Origin: the human T2T-CHM13v2.0 reference genome, Homo sapiens
Assembly: GCF_009914755.1 (NCBI RefSeq)
Contig: NC_060929.1
Length of the DNA stretch: 64,000 nucleotides
Reading direction: 5' to 3' (one strand)
Part shown: positions 25,718-40,120 of the stretch, one piece after another
How the letters are laid out: each line of letters starts with the position of its first letter
Numbering within the stretch: the stretch's first letter is position 1
Position numbers and translations under genes: made by a program
The notes under the pieces: model-generated
The model's input: the letters and a program-made list of their open reading frames with translations, nothing else
Database searches by the model: none
What the model was told of the DNA's origin: nothing

Positions 25718-25867
25718 GGGGGCGCCGGGCTCCGGGCTCCCTCTGCGCCCCAGCCCGGGTCCCGGGCGGCAGGCCCGGCCGGGGGGCGCCACGCTGGGGG
25801 CGCTGCGACTGCGGCTGCCGGAGCTGCGCCGGGGCTGCCGGGTGGCGGCGGAGTCTCGCGCGCCGAC

Positions 25868-25873
25868 TTTATA
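25868..25873 (-). promoter_or_regulatory. FOXD1 TATA box
   Basis: TATAAAG on minus strand, an isolated AT-rich element in GC-rich DNA ~185 nt upstream of the ATG. Confidence 0.75.
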
Positions 25874-26872
25874 ACTCCTGCGCCGCCGCGGTAGCCGCGC
25901 GGATGCTGCGCTCCCTGGGCTCCGCTCGCGCCCGGCCCGGGCGGAGGACTTGACCTTCTCCTCTCGGAGCAGCTTTTGCCCCGTCAGCTGAGGAGGGGGT
26001 GGCGGGGCCCGGGCGGGCGAATCAGAACGCCAGGCGCCCAGGAACGTGCGGGACGGGTGAGAGTCTAAGAACAGAGCTCGGCGAGGCCAGGGCTGAGTCC
26101 AGGAGAGGGCGGACCTTCCTCGGCTTATAGCAGAAGGGGGCCTGTCACATGGTGTGCACGTCAGAGCGCTGCCGAGGGAAGGAAAGCAAGCCTAGGAAAT
26201 CAGCCCTTCTCGGGAGAGAAAATTCACCCGTAGGAGGGAGGCAGCAGCTGAGAAGAGTGGGGAGGAGAGGGGACCTCACTATTTCTTGCCAAAGAGGCTG
26301 ATGCCCGAATTACGCGGCTGTCTGCACCGAGGGCCGCTGCACGAGTTAGACTTCCCAGCCTCCTCAATTAGTCCTCCACCCTAACCTCAGAAGCACACCC
26401 GCGACACTCTGGTTTGACCCCTCGACAGCCTGTAGGAGCCTTCCAGCCGGGGGATAACCACCCCATCCTCTGAGGTGGCCCCTGGGGGACGCTCTGGGGT
26501 CGGTTGGGGGTGTCCAGCCCCTCCAGATCGGGCGAGCGGCCCCCCATTGGATCTGATGCGAAGCCCCCCAATTTAAGCACGATAATAATTGTTTATTGAC
26601 CCTTTAACCCATTCTCTTCGGTTTTACTCCAAAGACGTTTGTTTTCCGCCATCTGTTAATAAAAACGCTGTGAGACTGGCGTTTTACTCACTTCTCTGCG
26701 ATTGAATGCCCTAGAGACTTGACAGTTAAACTAAGCCACTCTAATGAGACGATCTGACAAATGTCATGGGAATAAAGAACGTAATAATTGAATTCGGAGA
26801 AGAAATTGAAATTTTTAGTGAAAACCCAAATACACGCACAAAAATTGCACCTAGAAACTACTAAAAAGTTCG

Positions 26873-27115
<243 letters not shown>

Positions 27116-27683
27116 TCAGTAGGAGGAACATTCTAGTCAGCACTTTGCATAGTAATCTCAAAATACTTAAATTACATAACATATACATATTTCTACTGAG
27201 GCTTATTAATAGAAACTATAATGATAGATGACTTTAAGATAAACTTTTTAAAAATGTGTTTTTGGAAAATCCTTAAATATTGTTAATCCTTTCTGGTGAG
27301 ATGAAAATTTTTTTTATGAGATTAAAGTTCCGCTCAATTCAGTTTTCTTTTCGGGTGACAAGATAGTGGAAATAATTAAGATATGATGCTCTTTTAAATA
27401 TACCTATCTTTATCACCAACTCAAACGAGCTATTTTGGCTAGTGGAAAAATCCTAATAGTTTGTTGAATTCACATTCACTTATTTGTGCATTTCCTAAAA
27501 TGCTTCTATTTCAAAGAGGGGAGCTTGTCCCAAAAGTTTAACTTTCTGATTAAAATGACCCCTTGACAAGAACTAAGAATCAAAATTCAATGGCGTTCTG
27601 TAGGAACAGCCATCAGCTGCCCTTGTGTATATCATTTTATCGACCAAGTACTTTTCACATTCTGAAACGTGTCATTACTACCG

Positions 27684-27693
27684 CTGTCAATCA
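27684..27693 (-). promoter_or_regulatory. PBX-MEIS/PREP decamer TGATTGACAG
   Basis: Perfect match (CTGTCAATCA on +) ~1.85 kb upstream of the FOXD1 start; occupancy untested. Confidence 0.5.
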
Positions 27694-28049
27694 CAGAGCC
27701 TCAGAAATAAACTGTTTCCCCATCTAAAGACCTCTATTAAAATCGAGTTTTTGTTGCTGAGGACTGCTACCACCAGTTACTCTTACAAGTGACCCATAAA
27801 GGCTATCATAGGTCTTTGAACAATCTATGAGAAAGCCTCGACGTTCTAAATAAATTATTTTTCATTAACTCTTGTTTGATATATGGGTGAACAATTTAAT
27901 TACTGTAATAGGCTGAGCATTAACCTGAGCCAACATTAATCAGCACTATTAATCAGGCATCACATTGCTTTGTTGATGCAGCCAGGAGTCCTTACCAAGG
28001 AGTTCACTTTTACATTGGAAAGTTTAAGTTTTATAAGTACTCAGTCGAT

Positions 28050-29530
28050 ATCTAAATAAACACCATGACTTTCGCAGCACTGAGGGTTGGTGTGTGGCGA
28101 AGTTATTCAAAGATGAAACAGAGAGGAAGAATTTGTTCGCAGACCATTAATGACTTTAGATGACCGGTTACAGCCATCATTCCGTTCATGGCGCGGGAGA
28201 TAGACTGCGTTCGTTTGTAACTTTGTCCGCAAGTTCTTCCCCCAAAGGGTTAAGAGGCTCTTCCCTGGAAACGTTTGCAGAATGTGGCGAATTATCTCCT
28301 GGCCACTCCGGGGAAAGTTTTAGGACTTACTGAAGGTCAGAGTGGAAGATCAGCCCAGAGGGACCGCTGCAGAGACGGAGAAGTGTCACTAAGATTTAGG
28401 CGAGCTTTACTGAAGCCCCACATGTGGATGTGACCACTTGTTTTGTTTGCTTAGTTAAGCTACATGTTTGTATGCAACCTTTAGCTCCGCAGTCGCGAAA
28501 TTCCCCGAGCGCGGAAACTCAAGCGATTCACGTCTTGCGCGACCCCCTTGTCTCCCCCATCGTCCCCTACCCCGGGCCTCCTTCTCTACAGCGCTCCCAG
28601 CTTTCGGCCCCAGCTGGTAACTCTCCCCCGGCTCCCCGCCCCCAAGCTGGTACAAGGGACCAAAACCTTTCCCAGAGGCGAGCCGGGGAAGCGACGCGAA
28701 GACCCCCGTCCGGCGCAACCCGCTCGCGTGGACGCGGAAAGTGGCGGGCGGCGGGTCCCGGTGGTGCCTGCGTAGGGCAGAGTTGCCCCCTGGCGGCGGT
28801 GCGACGACCTGCGGGCCCTCGCGCCCGGGCCGGCAACTCCCTGGGAGCTCGGCCCGCGCGGGGAACTCGCCCAGCAGCCTGTGTTTCTCGAGTGTGGGCA
28901 GCCGGCTCCCGGGCGTCCCTCCCACCGGCTGCGGGGGCCCGGGACTGGGCGGTAGTGGAGGCAGGTCCTTGGACTGCAGGCTGAGGCTTTTTCCCCCCAC
29001 GAGCGGTTTGGGCCCTCCAGGAGCCCCTGCGCGGGGGTCACGTGGATTACGCTAGGTGAGAGCCGGAGAGGCTGCGCCACCGTCGGGAGGCTCCCTGCCT
29101 CCGCCCTTTGTCCTTTGCCCCTGACCATGAGCGCCCCAAGCCCAGGGACCTCCTTAGGGGGATGAAGGCTGGAAGAGACCTGGGGGCTCAGACTTACGGG
29201 GAAGGAACCTAGGCTATTCCTTGTGCATCCCAGGATTTTACCCATGAACGTGAACATGAACGTGTTTTCAACCCCAGCGGTTCCCCTGGCGCCTCGACCC
29301 TCCTTTGAAGAGTCATTCTAGAAGGCTGTATTGCGATAGTGTTTGTACCTGTCACTGTGAGCCCTGAAAAGAGACAGAAGAAAACGCGAGTGCCTGGCCT
29401 GAGGGTGCTCCGTCCCGTGGGTAGCCAGGTAGGTAGTTATTCTGCCCGATGATGAGGTCCTCCTGACGCCCCCGCGAAAGGGAGGGATGCCGGGAGTCGC
29501 TGCCCCAGGGCCCATTTAGCCTTCGCTGTC
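28050..29530. promoter_or_regulatory. CpG island upstream of FOXD1 (possible divergent lncRNA promoter)
   Basis: GC- and CpG-rich unique DNA with a CTCF core motif and candidate + strand splice donors. Confidence 0.85.
28784..28797 (-). promoter_or_regulatory. CTCF motif
   Basis: Minus strand GCCGCCAGGGGGCA matches the CTCF core consensus. Confidence 0.6.
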
Positions 29531-29649
29531 CTTCCTTGGGGCTACAGGCATTTCCATTCCTGTTAAAATCAAGAGTGTGGGGGCCAAAACCTGGGCTCTG
29601 AGTTGTTTATTGTTTACTAGGGTAGTAGGGGAAGGGGCGAGTAGGGTTG

Positions 29650-30120
29650 TAAAATATACGTAATTTACCATTTTAATCATCTTAAGTGTATAGTTTAGAG
29701 GCATTAAGTACATTAACATTGTTGTGCAACTATTACCACTATCCATTTCCAGAACTTTTCCATCATCCGAAACTGAAATTTTGTACGCGTTAAAAAGTAA
29801 CTCCCCATTTCCCCAACCATCTTTCTACTCCCCCCAACCTTTCGCCAGCCCCTGGCAACTACTATTCTACTTTCTGTCTCTATGAATGTATCTACTCTAG
29901 GTACATCATCTGAGTGGAATCATAATCACATTTGTCCATTGTGTCTGACTTATTTCTCTTAGCATAATGTCTTTAAGGGTCGTCCTTGTGGAAGCATGTA
30001 TCAGAATATCTTCTTTTTTACGGCTGAATAATGTTCCATTGAATGTATATGCCACATTTTGTTTATCCATCCATCCATTGGTGGACATTTGGGTTGCTTC
30101 TCTTTTTCTGTTAGTTTTTG
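29650..30120 (-). mobile_element. L1MB 3' end
   Basis: GCATTAAGTACATT..TTGTTGTGCAAC..CCATTTCCAGAAC..CTACTTTCTGTCTCTATGAAT. Confidence 0.85.
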
Positions 30121-32049
30121 AACCTCCACTCACTTAGTTCTTTGTCTATTCTGCATGCAGTAGACACTGATAAAATGTTTGATATATTCATTTTCCTCTA
30201 TCTTTTTCACCCCAGAAGCCCTCAAAGGAAGCCCATTGTCTTAACAGAGCATACACATTGGGGAAGTGAGGGGGGACGGTTTCTGCTGACAGAACAACAT
30301 AAGGGGGATTCGCCCTTCTGGATTTGAAACCTCAACTTGTTCACAATTTTGAGACTTTCAGGTTCAGACTCTGCACATCACCTTCAGTAAAAAGGCATAA
30401 GTCGGGACTCCTCCAGAATTATTTCTGGACAAATTTGTGATCATCCCTACTCCCACCCCATGCTTTTACACCCTTAGTCCCCCTCCTTATCTGTCCTGAT
30501 CCTTGGGAGCCCCAAGATGATCTAAAATTTTTCTCTGGCTGTCTAGGGCACTCCACTTCAGCATTCTCCTGTGGTGTAACATTACCTGCCACTCATGCTG
30601 GTTCCCATGCGCCAAGCTAATTTCAACAACGGGTGAAGTGGGTATCTCCATGTGATGGCTGAGGAGACAGATTCTGGGTGTTGCTACTAAGCCTCATGGA
30701 GGCAGCCATGACAGAGCAGAGCCTTCTGTCCTCCTGTTCCAGGTCAGCAGCCTCTCCCAAGGCAGGACTCCATGGGCCAGCCTCTTTCCTCCCCCACCCT
30801 GCTTCTTCAGGCCAGCTCTTATTTGGTCTGACAATAAGTCTGAGGTAAGCTGTTACTGGCTGACGGTGTTTGGTGCCTTTCCCAAGAATGGGTACATTTT
30901 AACCTGGGCATCCTCTTGATACCACCTTAATCAAGGTTCCAGTGGTGGGTCTTTTATAGAGGGTGTGGTTGGGAGATGAGATTCCTTTGTGAAGAAGATA
31001 TTTTAGTGGCCTCTAGGTCCCACTAGGCAGCTTGTGCTTGCACGACAATTCCTTAAACAAGCATTTCATGGCCTGAGCAGGGCTCAGAAATCCTCAAGAA
31101 TTCAGAATGTCAGCAAAAGTCCAAATCTGTGTTTCATAACACCAAAATTATTTACATGGACTCAGAAATTTTCCTTACATTGTTAACCTGGACTGGTCCT
31201 CCCATCCTAACACACACCCACACACAGACTTACTTAGCTCCGCATCTAAGTGGTTTGTAGTGGCACATGTTTAGATTTTGTACCCCAAAGCTCAAAAAGT
31301 ATTTTTTATCATGAATTTAACTGAAAAATACACATATTTCCATTCCAGAGAGGACTCCTCTTGTTGGGGGCTAACTTCAACACCAGACTCTCCTGAGTAC
31401 ATCTTTGCAGCTCTATAAACTTCTGGTATTTGTTCACATTGTCTAATAATTTCCTGGAAATAGACTTAGTATTTTTAGTTATAAGAAGAATTGAAAAATA
31501 ATATTGCTGTTCTAGAAGAAGGCATTTATTTATTTTGCATTTGTACTTCACCCAGAGGCTGGCTGTGCAGACAAATCTCTCTGCTTGGGAACGACAGGGC
31601 TCTCTAAAGTAACTCTAGGGATGCAGCTGTCTACAAGTCACACTGAAAATGAAAAGTATGTTTATGAGGTCATGAGAAAGTCTTGTCATAAGTTGTAATT
31701 TTGTGTGTGTATTTAAAAGGTATTTGGTGACCAACCTTTTCTGTCTCACACCCGCACACACACACTATTGCCTGATTTCCAGGCTTAAACTGAGACTGAA
31801 CTATCACCTGTCTGTTACGCATATGCAAACACACTGAAACCTCATTGTCTACACTCAGTGTGGCACTTCACCTGATACCACCATCTGACACCAGGCTGCA
31901 AGTCATAGGTTGCAGTCAGGTACATACACCCCTTTGCAAGAAGGCATTCTCAAAACCTTCCACTAGAGGCACGTGTGAGCACCTTTGCTAGAAAGCTTTG
32001 GTCGGCTAGCCTTCCAGAGCAGAAAAAACTGGGAAGGGCCTGAACCCAA

Positions 32050-32670
32050 AATTTACATAAAAGTAAATACAAATAATGAATGATTCCCTACTCTTCAGAG
32101 ACATGCAAAATAGGAAAGAGAAAACTCTATCAGATTAGCAAACTACATGAGGATGATGAACATGATGGTAGGAATTCAATTACACACTGCCTGTGGAACT
32201 ATAAAATTGTACAAACCTTTCAGCAAACAATTTGGCAAAACAGAGCTTGTATCTTAGTGTCCGTTCCCTTGAATCCTTTCATTCTAAGATTCTATTTTAT
32301 GGAAATAACCAGAAATATGAGCAAATATTTATGTTCAAAATGTTTGCGGCAGTTTTTTTTTAAGAAGCAAAAAAAAAAAAATAGAAACATTCTAAATGCT
32401 CGGGATTAAATATATTATTCTCATGATGGAATATTTTGCAATCACTAAAGCGAGGTCCGTGAACAGTTTTAATAACTTGAGAAAATCTTAAAGTTAAGAG
32501 AAAGGTTCAGATAGAAAATTACATACAGTATTTTCTCAATAATTCAATGTACTAAACATGCAAAAGACTGGAAGAAAATACAATAAAATGTCAATTGGTT
32601 AACTCTGGGTGAAATTATGGGTGGTTTTCATTTTGTTATTTATATTATATTTTTCTATGTTTTCCAAATT
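32050..32670 (+). mobile_element. Old L1ME fragment
   Basis: Diverged ORF2-end/3'UTR-like sequence (ATAAAATTGTACAAACCTTT..ATTTGGCAA). Confidence 0.55.
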
Positions 32671-32939
32671 TTTCAGCCTGAGCAATTTCCAAAGTGCTGA
32701 GTTGAGACAGCTGAGGAGCACAATTAGTGTAAAAGAAAGACTACAGATGGAACAGTTCATATCATTTGAAGCATGATTATAGGAATAGACATCAAGAATT
32801 TAAAGCAAGCATAATACATATATCAAAGAGGGAGGGGACTTATTAGTAACATTAAGCAAAAGAAAGAAATAATTGTTTTAAACCTAGTGGAAACATTAAG
32901 TATGAAGAAAGTAATAAAATAAAGGGCAAATAGATGGAA

Positions 32940-33175
32940 TACATAGCAGAATGTAGCACAACAGTGTGACTGTTGTCAATAATAATTAATTGTACATTTT
33001 TAAAATAACTAGAAGAGCATAGTTGAATTGTTAGTAACACAAAAGATAAAAGCTTGAAGGGATGGATACCTTATTCCCCATAATGGGATTATTATGCATT
33101 GCCTGCATATATCAAAACATCTCAGGTACCCCATAAATATATACACCTACTATGTACCCACGACAATTTTTTAAA
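32940..33175 (+). mobile_element. L1MA 3' end
   Basis: GATGGATACC..AAAACATCTCAGGTACCCCATAAATATATACACCTACTATGTACCCAC. Confidence 0.85.
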
Positions 33176-33674
33176 TTTCTTTTTGTTAAAAAAAAACCCT
33201 CATCTGGAGCCACAACAATTTAATTTTTAAAAAACAAATATGAAGCAGAATAGATACAACTGAAGAATGGACTGGGTTTGAAGAGTTTGAGGAGCTCTTC
33301 CAAAAGCAGCAGGAAAAGACAAAATTCTGGCTCATGAAATCAATTTAGTGCATTTTGACCACAACTGAAAGAGAATAGAACAGAACAGAATGGGATGGGT
33401 TAGGATAGAAAACATCACTGCACAGCACATAATAATGCTAAGAATAGTTTGTGAAAACTTTATTTCAGTTATTTTTATTTTTATACTTTTGTGCGTGTGT
33501 ATGTATACTGAGTTTCTATGTAAAATGATCTCTTGGTTTCCTTGAGCCCAGAAGTTCGAGACCAGCTTGGGCAACATAAGAAGACCCCATCTGTACAAAA
33601 AATAATAATTAAAAATGAGTAAAATAATTTCTTAGTGTGGGTTACAATAAAAAAGTTTGAAAGCTCCTCTTTCA

Positions 33675-34335
33675 TTTTATTTATTTTAGATCCAGGAGGT
33701 ACATGTGCAGGGTCGTTACATGAGTATATTGCATGATACTGAGGTTTGTGCTTCTATTGAACCCATCACCCAAATAGTGAAAATAGTACCTAATATGCGG
33801 TTTTTCAACCCTTGCCCTCTTCCCTAATTTTGGAGTCCCCAGTGTGTCTATTGTTCCCATCTTTGTGTCTATGTGTACCCCATGTTGAGCTCCCATTTAT
33901 AAGTCAGAACATGTGGTATTTGGTTTTCTGTTTCTGCATTAATTCATTTAAGATAATGGCCTCCAGCTGCATCCATATTGCTGCAAAGGACATGATTTCA
34001 TTCTTGTTCATGGCTGTGTAGTATTCCATGGTGTATATGCACCACATTTTCTTTATCCAGTCCACCATTGATGGGCACCTAGGTTGATTCCATGTCTGCT
34101 ATGGTGAATAGTGCTGTGATAAATGTAGAAGTGCAGGTGTCCTTCTGATGGGATAATTTCTTTTCCTTTGGATATATACCCAGTAATGAGATTGCTGGGC
34201 TGAATGGTAATTCTATTTTTAGTTCTTTGAGAAATCTCCTAACTGTTTTCCACAGGGACTGAACTAATTTACATTTCCACCCACAGTGTCTAAGTGTTCC
34301 CTTTTCTCCACAACCCCGCCAATATCTGTTTTTCC
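33675..34335 (-). mobile_element. L1PB/L1PA16-type 3' end
   Basis: GGTACATGTGCAGG..CCCATCACCCAAATAGTG; ORF2 C-terminal remnant (WRGCGEKGTL..KDTCT) in the ORF track. Confidence 0.9.
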
Positions 34336-34634
34336 CCATTGCTTTCATATCCTCTCTCCATATTCCATAGGCCCTCATAGTGTCATTCCTACTCCATATG
34401 CCACTGCTGTGGTAATCAGTGTGCTGTGGAACAACCTGGCCATGGAAATTTTGGAAAAGATGAGGTACATCAAGAAAGCAGTTGACTTTATTGCAGCACT
34501 TTGAAATTTTTAGGTTTGTTTTGTACATTGTGACTCTTTCAGAGGACTATACATTTGTTGTAATATTTTCCAAATTTATTTTACTATGGGATACCAGTTT
34601 GGGAAATGGCATTCACTGAAATAATGTGATACAG

Positions 34635-34775
34635 ACAGGGAGCAGTAGCTCACATCTGTAATCCCAGCACTTTGGGAGGCTGAGGCACGAGGATCGCTTG
34701 AGCTTGAGCTCAGGAGTTCAAGACCAGCCTGGGCAACATAGTGAAACCCCTGTCTCTTAAAAAAAAAAAAAAATC
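34635..34775 (+). mobile_element. FLAM / Alu left monomer
   Basis: Single left monomer with A tail. Confidence 0.85.
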
Positions 34776-34829
34776 CAAAAAGTTGTAGAGTTAACAGTGA
34801 CTTTCTAATTTCCCAGATTTAAAATTCTT

Positions 34830-35220
34830 CTTATTCATTTACTTAACAAATATTTATTTTATTGAGTGTCTACTATGCGGCAAGTACTGTTCTAGGAACT
34901 TGGGATACATCAGTAAACAAATGGACAAAGGTCTTCGCCCTAAAAAGCTTTACATATTTAGCAGGAGAAAGACCATAAGAAATAAGTAAACTGAATACCT
35001 TAATTAATTAATGATATCATATGTTAAAAGGTAATATTTACCATGTGGAAAAATATAGAACAGCGAAGGGGGCTGGAGGTGGTAGTGGCGGGGCAGCATG
35101 GAAAGGACAGGTGGGTGGAAATTTTACACAGTGAGCAAAGACTAGAATAGTGCTACTGCTGGATATCTGGGGGGAAAGGATTCCAAGCAGGAGGAACAAT
35201 TTGAGCAAAGGCATGAGTAA
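34830..35220 (-). mobile_element. L2 3' end
   Basis: ATTCATTTACTTAACAAATATTTATT..GAGTGTCTACTATG. Confidence 0.75.
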
Positions 35221-35244
35221 TCTTAAATAAAAATCATCTTAAAG

Positions 35245-36095
35245 ACATGTTACAAACTATTATGTAATTATCCCCAAATGTAGTGGCTTAAAACTGTCAT
35301 TTCATTATGCTAACACCTTTTGTGAGTCGGGAATTAACAAAGAGAATCAAAGGGTGAAAGCTGTTTAATTTATATCTCTACCAGTCAATGCTAGCTATCA
35401 GCTGGGATTGTCAGCTAGAACACCAACATGTGAACTTTTCCGGTGGCCTGGGCTTCCTCACAGACCAGTCTTCCAAGACAATCAGTGGAAGGTGTATTCC
35501 CTTTTATGACCTAGCCTAGGAAGTCACATAATGTCACTTCCACAGTAATTATAAGCTACCCAGATTTGAGAGGAGGGAAGTGTATTAGTTTGCTAGGGCT
35601 GCCATAACAAAGTACTGTAGACTGGTGGCCTGAATAAGAGAAATGTATTATCTCACAGTTCTGGAAGCTGGAAGTCCAAAATAAAGGGGTTGGTAGGGTT
35701 GGTTCCTTCTGAGGGCTGAGAGGAAGGATCTGCTCCAGGCCTCTCTCCTTGGCTCTCCTCTCTTCTCTCCCTGTCTCCTCACATCATCTTCCCGCTCTGT
35801 GTGTCTATGTCCATTTTTCCCCTTTTTAAAAGGACGCCAGTCATACTGCATGAGGGCCCACCCTAATGAGTTCATTTTACTTGATTAGCTGTGTAAAGAC
35901 TGCATCTCTGATTAAGTTCACATTCTGAGGTACTGTAGGTTAGAACTTCAACATAAGAATTTTTGGAGAAACATAGTTTAACCCATAAAAGGAACATAGA
36001 CCCAACTCTGAATGGGAGGAGTCTTCAAGTCACCATGTAAAAAGTGTGTGGGAGATGTGGGTACTGCCATCTTTGAAAAATATAGTTTGCCACAT
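35245..36095 (-). mobile_element. Older MLT1 LTR split by a second MLT1
   Basis: CCCCAAATGTAGTGGCTTAAAAC start; resumes at 35991 and ends GTTTGCCACA. Confidence 0.65.
35581..35990 (-). mobile_element. MLT1B/C LTR (nested)
   Basis: TGTATTAGTTTGCTAGGGCTGCCATAACAAAGTAC start; GGAAG/GGAAC 5-bp TSD. Confidence 0.85.
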
Positions 36096-36120
36096 CATGA
36101 CATAAAAAGTTTAATAATGA

Positions 36121-36999
<879 letters not shown>

Positions 37000-38171
37000 T
37001 GACTCTTTCCCAAGGCAATTCAAGTCTGTGCTTCAAAAACCAGTGCTTTCTGCAAATCATTATTTTTGGCCCAAGGATTTGCTCTACTTTAAGATCCTTC
37101 GCTAATTTACTTATTTGTAGTAGACATTCGCTATTAGTTGCTGTAGTTCAACCTTGACCAATCTTGTCTTCACTCAGAGGAATTCGTGCCTGTTAGTTTT
37201 ATTTTATGTGCAAAGTAGATTAAACATGTATTATTATCAAATTTTAGGAGAAACAAATGTTAATAAGTACTTGCTATAACAATAAATATGATTATGCTTT
37301 ATTTATTGCCATTATTGTTACTACTTGAGATGAATCTTGTGCAAAATAAACTTTAAACCTGGGTGGGGCTCCCACCAAACCCAGAAAGGTATTGGTAACA
37401 TCTTATTGCCCCAGTGCTTGCAGCAAATTTTCTGTAACATCAATCATTGAATAAAGATTACACAAAAGCCAATATCTTTTTGCCCTCTCTAAACCCTAAA
37501 AATTCCTTTTAAAAGTGAGTTGAAGAGACCCAGTTATCCTACAATCCAGTAGACTAATCTCCAATTGCCTTTGGAGTATTTATCACCCTTGCTGCTTCGA
37601 CTTCCCTAGCCTCTTTTCACTGGTCAGCCTTCCCCCAAGTCCTGCTGCTCAGCTGGGATGCACACATCACCAGGCCAGGCTCACCACAGACCTACTGAAT
37701 TAGAATCTCTACAGGTGGGGCTCAGGAATTTATTTTGCTTTGTTTGTTTTGTTGTTGTTGTTGCTTTTGGTTTTTTTGGAAGTTCCCCAGGTAATTTGGG
37801 TGATCATTTAAGTCTGATTACTACCAATCTGTGTGCTAAAATTCAAGTTCCTGAAGCTTAGCATAAAAAGGGCCTCACCTCTGCTTGACTCTACAATTGC
37901 ATCTCCTACTATTTTGCACGTCATGATTACCTACCTGCAATATTGAACAACCAATAGCTCACAACGCTAGACATACTGCCTCCCTCCTCTGGGCCCTTGC
38001 CTGGAACACCCTTTGCATACTTTGACTACTGAACAACTTATTTTCCTTCCAAAATTCAGCCCTAGTGTCTGCTTCCAGAAAGCCTTCCCTGATGACCTCA
38101 CCTCCACCTGCTCTGAATTCCGACTGCACCTCGTTCCACAGCAGTCAGCACCCAGTGTGGAAATATATTAA

Positions 38172-38836
38172 TGAAACCGCCTTTACAAAATTATGACTGA
38201 GACAGTGAAAGAAATCTAACTTAACCAACTCCATCTTGCTTCTAACCCCCAAGCTATCCTTGTTCATTCCTAGGTGTAGGCTTAACTAACTTTGGGAGAA
38301 GTTAGTAAGGGTAATAGCCCTTTCCCAAAGCAGTCCTCCTTCTTACCTGGGACTGGATTGCCTTTGTAGGACTAACATTAGCCACAAGATTAGAAATTAT
38401 GGTTTAGGAGTCATGCAGCCGAAGGCTACAAGATTCTGACCCTCCCTAAACTGCTCCAAAGATCAGCGCTTGAGATATTTGGCAGACCCTGCACTTGATG
38501 GATCAGCTGGCCCCACACAGATCAATAAACTGGCTCATCTGATCTTGTGGCCTCCACCTAGGAACTGACTGAGCAAAAGAAGACAGCTCCAATTCCATAT
38601 GATTCATCTCTGACCAATCAGCACTCCTGGCTCACTGGCTTCCTCTCACCCACCAAGTTATCCTTAAAAACTCTGCTTCCCAAATGCTTGGGGAAACTGA
38701 TTTAAGTAATAATAAAACTCTGGTCTCCCCGCCGGCTGGCTCTGTGTGAATTACTCTTTTTCTATTGCAATTCCCCTGTCTTAAGGAATTGGCTCTGTCT
38801 AGGCAGCAGGCAAGGTAAACCTCTTGGGCAGTTACA
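38172..38836 (+). mobile_element. Solo LTR8 (ERV1) inserted in L2
   Basis: TGAAACCGCCTTTACAAAATTATGACTGAGACAG...GTTACA; TTAA TSD; AATAAA at 38711. Confidence 0.88.
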
Positions 38837-38937
38837 TTAATACTTGCTCACCTACCTATCTCCTCTGCTAAAGTGTGATCTATTTGAAGGCAGGCTCCAT
38901 GTCATCTTCACCTCAGCATTCTCAAAACCTAACCCAG

Positions 38938-39482
38938 TGATACAGGAGCTAGAATGAAATTATTTAGGCAGTTAGTGAGGGTAAAAGAGTCCTCGGCAAG
39001 ATTTCCCTTTTAATAAAAAGCAGTCCCCAAATCATTTATTTTCTAACAAAGGGCAGCTGCAGACATAGATAAGCAAGCTGAAAGCTTGCATGGGTGAATG
39101 CCAGCAGCTGTGCCAGTAAGAAAAGGCTACCTGGGGGCCAGGCATGTTCAACATGGAGACTCCATCTTCTCTTTTCTTTGTCAACCACATGTGCAATAAA
39201 GAAGCAGGCAACATGGCGCTGGCCAAGTAGAGAACCCATTCAAATAATATAGATTACGGTGGGGTGGCCAGCTTCTTTGCCCGCTATGTAAATGGCACAC
39301 CTGGTCCAACCAATCTTTTGGGCCCTATGTAAATCAGATACTGCCTCCTCAAGAGTTTTTCTCTTTCTTTTGCCTGTTAAACCTCTGCTCTTAACCTCAC
39401 TCCTTGTGTGTCCACATCCTTGATTTCCTTGGCATAAGGCAACAAACCTCAGGTATTACCCCAGACAAATGATGCCACTTCA
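38938..39482 (+). mobile_element. Solo ERV1 LTR (LTR9/MER61/MER50 group)
   Basis: TGATACAGGAGCTAG..AAATTATTTAGGCAG...CTTCA; CCAG/TCAG TSD. Confidence 0.8.
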
Positions 39483-39671
39483 TCAGGGCTGGATTGAATT
39501 AGAATAAACTGGTTTTATGGGAATATGCAGTGTGGTCCTTTATCAAGCAGTTTAAGTCTCCTTTGTAAGAGCCATTGGATATTATTGTACTCAACCAGGC
39601 TGCTGAGTGTTTTGTTACTCTGCAGGCCCTGAAGTGGTCAGGAAGATTTTCTTTCAGTGTTGAACACAGTA

Positions 39672-40078
<407 letters not shown>

Positions 40079-40120
40079 TCATGTATTTCTTTATAGCAAC
40101 ACAAGAATGGACTAATACAG
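40079..40120 (+). mobile_element. MaLR (MST/THE1-type) LTR 3' terminus only
   Basis: TATTTCTTTATAGCAACACAAGAATGGACTAATACA. Confidence 0.7.

Larger units (their letters stand above)
23990..26600. promoter_or_regulatory. CpG island covering FOXD1 gene body and promoter
   Basis: Extremely GC- and CpG-rich over ~2.6 kb. Confidence 0.95.

Noticed and set aside
24690-25953. Long + strand ORFs antisense to FOXD1 (394 aa, 208 aa)
   Set aside because: Shadow ORFs from extreme GC content; low complexity and no recognisable domain
28424-29257. 180-220 aa ORFs in the upstream CpG island
   Set aside because: GC artefact; no coding signature
31960-31976. CCACTAGAGGCAC as a CTCF site
   Set aside because: One base short in the G-rich core of the consensus
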